DNA from: Candidatus Latescibacterota bacterium
Lineage (GTDB): Bacteria; Latescibacterota; UBA2968; UBA8231
Assembly (NCBI GenBank): GCA_965261395.1
Contig: OZ253462.1
Coordinates: 5,440,001-5,504,000, forward strand
Direction of reading: 5' to 3'
DNA length: 64,000 nt
Both the position numbers and the translations under genes were made by a program. Shown here piece after piece: positions 58,530-64,000 of this stretch (positions within the stretch are counted from its first letter, which is position 1; the number at the start of each line of letters is the position of its first letter). The notes below the pieces were generated by a model. That model was not told where the DNA came from, made no database searches, and saw only the letters and a list, made by a program, of their open reading frames with translations.

Positions 58530-60701
58530 ATGCACATCGGCGACCAATGGATGCAGTTGCGCAGCCGCGACAAAGCCCTCGCGCAGGCGTTCGCCCGGCC
58601 CTTCCCGGTCGGCGTCGAATACTACCGCCCGCCTGTACCGCCGCCGCAGTACTGGGACGAGGACTTTCGCCGGATTAGCGCCGCTGGTATGAGCATCGTC
58701 CGCGTCTGGTACTCCTGGGACTGGGTCGAGACTCTGCCCAATCACTACGAGTTCGACGATCTGGACCGGCTCTTTGACCTAGCCGCTCAACACGGTCTAA
58801 AAGTCTGGGTCGATACCCCGCTGGGCACCCACATGGCCTGCCCGGCCTGGATGCTGCGCTCCCACCCGGACATGCGGATCGTCCGCCGCGATGGCAGTGT
58901 GCAGCAGAATACGACCGGCGCGTTTGCCGCACACGGAGCGATGACCCACAACTTCGACCACCCGATGTGGCGGGTTTACGTCGAGCGCTATCTGCGCCAA
59001 TTTGTGCCGCGCTACAAAGATCACCAAGCCTTGGGCGTCTGGGGCACTTGGGATGGCATTGGCTACGCTGGCGCATGGACGGCCCCTGAGCCGTATCCCC
59101 CCTACAACGACTACACCATCGCCAAGTACAAGGACTGGCTCTACCACAACTACACGCTCGACGCGCTCAACGAGCGACTGCTGCGCCGCTACCGCTCGTG
59201 GGAGGACGTCGATGCGCCGCGCAGTAAAGCCGCGCCAGTGGAGATGAGGCTGTACTTGCAGTTTCACCGCGAAAACATGGCCGACCATTTAGGCTGGATG
59301 GCCGACTTGATCGACCGGCTCGATGGGACGCACGAGCAGCGCTCGCACGGCGGCTCGTACCCAGCGCCCCACCACGAGACGGTTAGTCCGCAGATCGACA
59401 GTTGGGGCCTCTCGCACCACTCGTCCAACCGGCTGACTACTGACGAGCCGTACAGCATCGCCTGCGAGGCCTACGGCTTCCAGTGGTGCCGCGCAATGGG
59501 TCGCAACAATCGGTGGTGGAACGAAGAGATCTACGGCAACTTCGTCGGTGGACTGCATCCGACTGAGAAGAAGACTCTCGGCGAGGAGTCGGCGCTCTAT
59601 ATCTGGCTGACCCTGATCGAGGGCGGTGCCGGGGCTATGTTCTGGCAATATCGGCCGGAGTACATGACGTACGAAGCACCCGGACTCAACATAGCCGCAC
59701 TCGACGGCGAGCCGACCGAGCGGCTCCACGCGGCAACGGCGACCATCGCCCGGATTGACCGCATCGCCGCCCATTTGCCGCTGGCCATTCCGCGCGCCGA
59801 TGTGGCCATTGCCTACAGCGGCCCGAGCGACGACGCATTTGATTTTAACGACCACAGCGTCCAGTTCATCCAGCACCACCGTGCGCTCTACCGCACCCTG
59901 TGGGCACAGAGCGTGGCGATGGACCTAGTGACTCCGGCGATGGACTGGTCTGAGTACGCGCTGGTTTACCTGCCGCACTTCGCAGTCCTCGACGAGGTAG
60001 CCATCGCTCGCCTGCGCGGCCTGCTACAAGCGACCGATGGCCCCCACCTCGTAGCCGACGGCTACTTTGGTACCTTTGCCGGCAAGGGCCACTGGAGCTT
60101 CAAGCCGCCCGAGGGCCTCAGCGACCTCATCGACTGCCGGATCGCCGATTTCGATGTCGTCGCTGATTTCGATGTCCGAGCTGGCAAAAACGTCGTGCAG
60201 ATGGAGTGCGGCACCTTTGCCCTCCCTGCGGGGACGACCTATTCAATCTTAGAACCTCAAGGCGACACTGCGCCCATCGCTACCATCGGCGACGAAGTGG
60301 TTGGGGTGCGCTCGGCCGACGGACGCTTCACCTGGTACGGATTTGCGCTCTCGGCCACAGCCTCGTCCGAAGTGCCCGGCCAACCGGGAGCACCAGCACC
60401 GGCGGGGCTGGTCCACGACGAGGTGGCAACCACGCTACTGGCAACCGCAGGCGTCGAGCCGTGGTTCGCGCTTACCGGCGACCGCGTCGTCGCCTTCCGC
60501 CGCCGCTCTCAGCAGGGCGGATCGCTGATCTTCGCGCTCAACGTAGAAAGGCGCACAGCGCAGGTGCGGATGCAGCCGCGCTGGCAAATAAGCGCGGCCC
60601 GCGACCTGCTAAGGGAGCGAGACATCCCGCTCGGCGACGGGGCCATCGAGCTGATTCTAGGGTTTGGCGAGGTGGCGGTGATACACTGTGCGGATATCTG
60701 A
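58530..60701 (+). CDS. GH42 beta-galactosidase-like protein
   Basis: GVEYY..P..WDEDF, WDWVE, TP..ACPAW, FWQYR, trimerisation-domain-like C-half. Confidence 0.82.
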   Translation: MHIGDQWMQLRSRDKALAQAFARPFPVGVEYYRPPVPPPQYWDEDFRRISAAGMSIVRVWYSWDWVETLPNHYEFDDLDRLFDLAAQHGLKVWVDTPLGTHMACPAWMLRSHPDMRIVRRDGSVQQNTTGAFAAHGAMTHNFDHPMWRVYVERYLRQFVPRYKDHQALGVWGTWDGIGYAGAWTAPEPYPPYNDYTIAKYKDWLYHNYTLDALNERLLRRYRSWEDVDAPRSKAAPVEMRLYLQFHRENMADHLGWMADLIDRLDGTHEQRSHGGSYPAPHHETVSPQIDSWGLSHHSSNRLTTDEPYSIACEAYGFQWCRAMGRNNRWWNEEIYGNFVGGLHPTEKKTLGEESALYIWLTLIEGGAGAMFWQYRPEYMTYEAPGLNIAALDGEPTERLHAATATIARIDRIAAHLPLAIPRADVAIAYSGPSDDAFDFNDHSVQFIQHHRALYRTLWAQSVAMDLVTPAMDWSEYALVYLPHFAVLDEVAIARLRGLLQATDGPHLVADGYFGTFAGKGHWSFKPPEGLSDLIDCRIADFDVVADFDVRAGKNVVQMECGTFALPAGTTYSILEPQGDTAPIATIGDEVVGVRSADGRFTWYGFALSATASSEVPGQPGAPAPAGLVHDEVATTLLATAGVEPWFALTGDRVVAFRRRSQQGGSLIFALNVERRTAQVRMQPRWQISAARDLLRERDIPLGDGAIELILGFGEVAVIHCADI

Positions 60702-60774
60702 GCCGTCTCACAGCAGAAGAGACGAGCTTTGGCAATTGAACCGCGAGCAATTCTTAGAGGACGGATTTCTCGTC

Positions 60775-61671
60775 TCAGAGAGGATTTATCAGCCCGATGG
60801 CATCCAAGACAGCACCGATCTTCTCCACTTCCTCGTCTGTGGCCGTGACCATAGGCGGGCGCAACCAACGCGAGGCAATGCCGTTGAGTTCAAGCGCGGT
60901 GCGCCACACAGCCTGACCACCGCCTAGCACATCTGTGGCCACCCCCCAGAAGGGTTCTTCGATTTGGGTGATGATGGTCTGGGCCGTTTTGGCGTCGCCG
61001 TCTTGGAAGGCCCGCCAGTAGCTTTGTGCTACATGGGGAGCAAAAGAAGATGGATAGCAAAAAAAGGCGCGGATGCCACAGGGCCATTGTGCGAAATTGC
61101 GCCATAGTCCCCCGCCGGTCATGAACTTCCACCGATCGCCATAGCGGTGCATAGTCGCCTTCGCGTATTCGAGTGTGCCGTCTTCTTTGAAGGTGCAGAT
61201 GTTGGGCGCGTCGAGTAGCTCGTCGAGGATTTCATAGGGAGGACACCCCACCAACATCAGGGGCATGACTCGGGCTACTTTGCGGTATTGGACGACCTTA
61301 CCCTGCGGTTGGGCTTGTTCCGGTGGCAGCACCATCAGCACGTCGGCTCCCCAACTGCGGCAATACTCGGCAAATTGGACCGCCCGATCGTCTGGCCAGC
61401 GCCGAGTAGCCGCCACAGCCAACGCCCGTCCAGCGACCCGGTCAACCAAAAAGCGGGTAAGCTGAGCAACCTCTTCATCGCTGAGAAACTCGAACTGGCT
61501 GTCTCCGTAGGTCAGCAAGCTGACCTGACTGCCGCCGGCAATGCCGATGTCGATTATGTGGCCGATACCCTCCCAGTCTAGCTGGCCGTTGGGCAAAAAG
61601 GTGGTGGGGATGGAGTTGACCGGACCCTCGAGTAAGTTTTTGATCTCGTCCGGTGTCTTGGCTGATGGCAT
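60775..61671 (-). CDS. DHDPS/NAL family aldolase (divergent)
   Basis: PTTF..NGQLD, LSDEE, GADVLMVLPP, TFKED Schiff-base Lys, LRPPM; AAGGAG RBS before ATG 61671. Confidence 0.85.
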   Translation of the reverse strand: MPSAKTPDEIKNLLEGPVNSIPTTFLPNGQLDWEGIGHIIDIGIAGGSQVSLLTYGDSQFEFLSDEEVAQLTRFLVDRVAGRALAVAATRRWPDDRAVQFAEYCRSWGADVLMVLPPEQAQPQGKVVQYRKVARVMPLMLVGCPPYEILDELLDAPNICTFKEDGTLEYAKATMHRYGDRWKFMTGGGLWRNFAQWPCGIRAFFCYPSSFAPHVAQSYWRAFQDGDAKTAQTIITQIEEPFWGVATDVLGGGQAVWRTALELNGIASRWLRPPMVTATDEEVEKIGAVLDAIGLINPL

Positions 61672-61829
61672 GGTGCGCTCCTTTCGCGAATAAAGGTAGA
61701 GGAAAAGCCCAGTACCCTCCAGCTTAAGACCTTCCAAGCAGGCATTGCTCAGAGTACTGCGAAATATCAGATTATACGGTGGCCTTGTGCCACTCGCCCT
61801 ATACCACTCAACCACGCTGTCAGCTAAAC

Positions 61830-63119
61830 ATGAACGCCGATTCGCTCGAGATACAACCCTTACAAAAGCCACTCGACACCATAGTCGCCGTACCAGGCTC
61901 CAAAAGTTACACCAACCGGGCACTGCTGGTCGCGGCACTAGCCGACGGAGAATCACATCTTGCGGGCGCGCTCTTTAGCGATGATACCGACTACATGGTC
62001 CAAGCATTGCGCAAACTCGGCGTCTCTATAGAGGCCGATCCAAAGGCAGCCAGCTTTGCGGTCGCAGGCAACGGCGGACAGATTCCCGTCGATGGTGCCG
62101 AGCTGTACATCGGTAATTCGGGCACTACTTCGCGGTCGATCACGAGCTATGTTGCGCTCGGCAATGGGACCTTCATCATCGACGGCGACGCGCCCATGCG
62201 CCAGAGCCGGCCGATTGCCGACCTTCTCGACGCGCTCAGCCAACTCGGGATCGACGCTCGCTCGCGCTTTGCCAACGGATGCCTGCCAGTAGAGGTGCGA
62301 GCCAAGGGATTCAGAGGCGGAAAAACCCAACTCGACGCCAGCAAAAGTAGCCAGTTCCTGACTTCGCTACTGCTAGTCGCCCCTTACGCCAACAACGGCT
62401 TGGAAATCGAAATGGTCAGCGAGTTCAAGACCGAATATATCGACATTACTATGGCGGTAATGCAGGCATTTGGGATCGAGGTAGAACACGACGATTACCG
62501 GCGTTTTCGCGTAGCCGGCGGTCAATGCTATAAGCCCCGCGCCTACGCTATTGAGCCGGATGCTTCCAATGCCTCGTACTTCTTTGCTGCCGCCGCGCTC
62601 AACGGCGGCCGGGTGCGCGTAGCCGACATTGCCGCCGACTCAGCCCAAGGCGATATCCACTTCGTCGATGTGCTCGAGAAAATGGGATGCACGGTCAACC
62701 GCTATGCTCACGGAGTCGAAGTGATCGGGCCGGATCAACTCAGGGGGATAGACGTCGATATGAAGGCCATATCGGATACCTCGCTGACGCTGGCCGCGGT
62801 CGCACCTTTTGCCAAGGATCCCGTGCGCATCCGCAATATCGAACACACGCGCTGGCAGGAGACCGACCGGATTGCCGCTATGGTCGCCCAACTACGTCGG
62901 CTTGGCGTGAAAGTAGAAGAACACAGAGATGGCGTTACTATCGCGCCGTCTAAGCCCAAAAGCAGCAGCATTGATACCTATAAAGATCACCGAGTGGCTA
63001 TGAGTTTTGCCTTAGTCGGATTGCGAGTCCCCGGAATCCGCATCAACGACCCAAGCTGCGTCGGCAAAACCTTTCCGACATACTTCGACGTCTGGGATCA
63101 GATAAGAAGATCGACGTGA
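61830..63119 (+). CDS. aroA: 3-phosphoshikimate 1-carboxyvinyltransferase (EPSP synthase)
   Basis: PGSKSYTNR, GNSGTTSR, SSQFLT, EPDASNA, ETDR, DHRVAM, KTFP. Confidence 0.97.
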   Translation: MNADSLEIQPLQKPLDTIVAVPGSKSYTNRALLVAALADGESHLAGALFSDDTDYMVQALRKLGVSIEADPKAASFAVAGNGGQIPVDGAELYIGNSGTTSRSITSYVALGNGTFIIDGDAPMRQSRPIADLLDALSQLGIDARSRFANGCLPVEVRAKGFRGGKTQLDASKSSQFLTSLLLVAPYANNGLEIEMVSEFKTEYIDITMAVMQAFGIEVEHDDYRRFRVAGGQCYKPRAYAIEPDASNASYFFAAAALNGGRVRVADIAADSAQGDIHFVDVLEKMGCTVNRYAHGVEVIGPDQLRGIDVDMKAISDTSLTLAAVAPFAKDPVRIRNIEHTRWQETDRIAAMVAQLRRLGVKVEEHRDGVTIAPSKPKSSSIDTYKDHRVAMSFALVGLRVPGIRINDPSCVGKTFPTYFDVWDQIRRST

Positions 63120-63149
63120 GAAGAAGGCCGAAGCTGATGGGAGAACGGT

Positions 63150-63203
63150 AAGAAACACAGATGCCCTACCGGTCGGTTCACCGGTAGGGCATCTGTGTTT
63201 CTT
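63150..63203. terminator. 24-bp perfect inverted repeat, bidirectional terminator between aroA and the DUF4159 gene
   Basis: AAGAAACACAGATGCCCTACCGGT-cggttc-ACCGGTAGGGCATCTGTGTTTCTT. Confidence 0.85.
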
Positions 63204-63219
63204 GTTGTTTGAAGGGTGC

Positions 63220-64000
63220 TTATTGGGTAAACTGGGTCACATTGGCGATGCCGCCCGGCTGAGTCAACGCATAGACGATTAGGTTGACCCCAAATTGCAA
63301 CCCGCGCTCTCTTGCATCGGCCAACGGATCTCCCCAGTACCAGCTAACATTCAGGTCGCTGAAGACCACCGCAACCCGGCCGCGCAGTTCTAGCATCTCC
63401 AAGTCGAAAACATTGCCAGCGGGTGCGCCACCCATCGGCGGACCATCGGGAAAATCCCAGAAGCTGTAGTAGAGATCGTGGCTCTTGGGCACTTTCTGCC
63501 ACTTAGAGCCGTCGCTACCCAGCACCAGCGGATCTTTCATCAGCGCCTTGAACTGGCGGTCAAACGGCGTACCCGAAACTCCGGCTTCCTTGCCTTCAAG
63601 TCCGCCATCAGAGTCGCTTTGGCGGATCTCCTCGGCATAGAGAAAACCACCGTTCTTGAGGTATTCGCCTAGATTGGTCTTCTCTGTATCGCTGATTTGC
63701 AAGACGGCATCGTTGCCCGTCACGTAAAGCATGGGGGCATCCAGGATGCGCGGGTCCGAAAATTCCAAGGTCGTGCCCTCAATGCGGGCATTGATTTCGG
63801 TATGGTCGCGCATATAGCGCATCAACTCCTCTATCGCAGTTGGGAACCGATCGCGGTTCTTGTCTGCGATATCGTAGTCGATGACCGTCATGTTAAAGAA
63901 GCCACGTATAGCACGTTTGTCCTCTGGATCCTGAATCAAGATCGCTTGGTAGCGGCCGATATCCAAATCGCCGACATTGAGCAGTTCGTGCTTCAGGCTC
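63220..64000 (-). CDS. DUF4159 domain protein (5' end outside window)
   Basis: PMLYVTG, LGEYLKNGGFLYAE, GRVAVVFS.DL, FGVNLIVYALT. Confidence 0.82.
   Translation of the reverse strand, partial: SLKHELLNVGDLDIGRYQAILIQDPEDKRAIRGFFNMTVIDYDIADKNRDRFPTAIEELMRYMRDHTEINARIEGTTLEFSDPRILDAPMLYVTGNDAVLQISDTEKTNLGEYLKNGGFLYAEEIRQSDSDGGLEGKEAGVSGTPFDRQFKALMKDPLVLGSDGSKWQKVPKSHDLYYSFWDFPDGPPMGGAPAGNVFDLEMLELRGRVAVVFSDLNVSWYWGDPLADARERGLQFGVNLIVYALTQPGGIANVTQFTQ

Overview
GC-rich bacterial window with no rRNA, tRNA, CRISPR, transposase or integrase recognised. The gene content (C-terminal 'AVExTTWGRIK' tails, many CRTAC1/FG-GAP, HpcH, Gfo/Idh/MocA, PhyH and DUF6785-like genes) suggests a Latescibacterota/Poribacteria-like uncultured lineage; this is inference. 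About half the window is an apparently undescribed cell-envelope locus. It has nine paralogous secreted proteins (eight complete, one truncated at the left edge) with a variable discoidin-like N-region, a conserved core and a 'TPNGDGxND'+FlgD-Ig C-terminal domain ending in Tyr. Four of them form a ~2.27-kb tandem array (17788-26757) whose differences concentrate in Cys-anchored hypervariable loops. The locus also holds two ~910-aa paralogous acidic exported proteins, three CRTAC1/ASPIC-UnbV proteins, an UnbU/RnfD-like membrane protein, a GT-C(PMT)-like+TPR protein and a parvulin foldase. The rest is catabolic enzymes, several with altered catalytic motifs, plus a VapBC-type TA pair, an aquaporin, aroA, an internally deleted SDR remnant, and a lipoprotein gene split by a 10-bp tandem duplication. 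All calls come from motif reading only; no searches were run.
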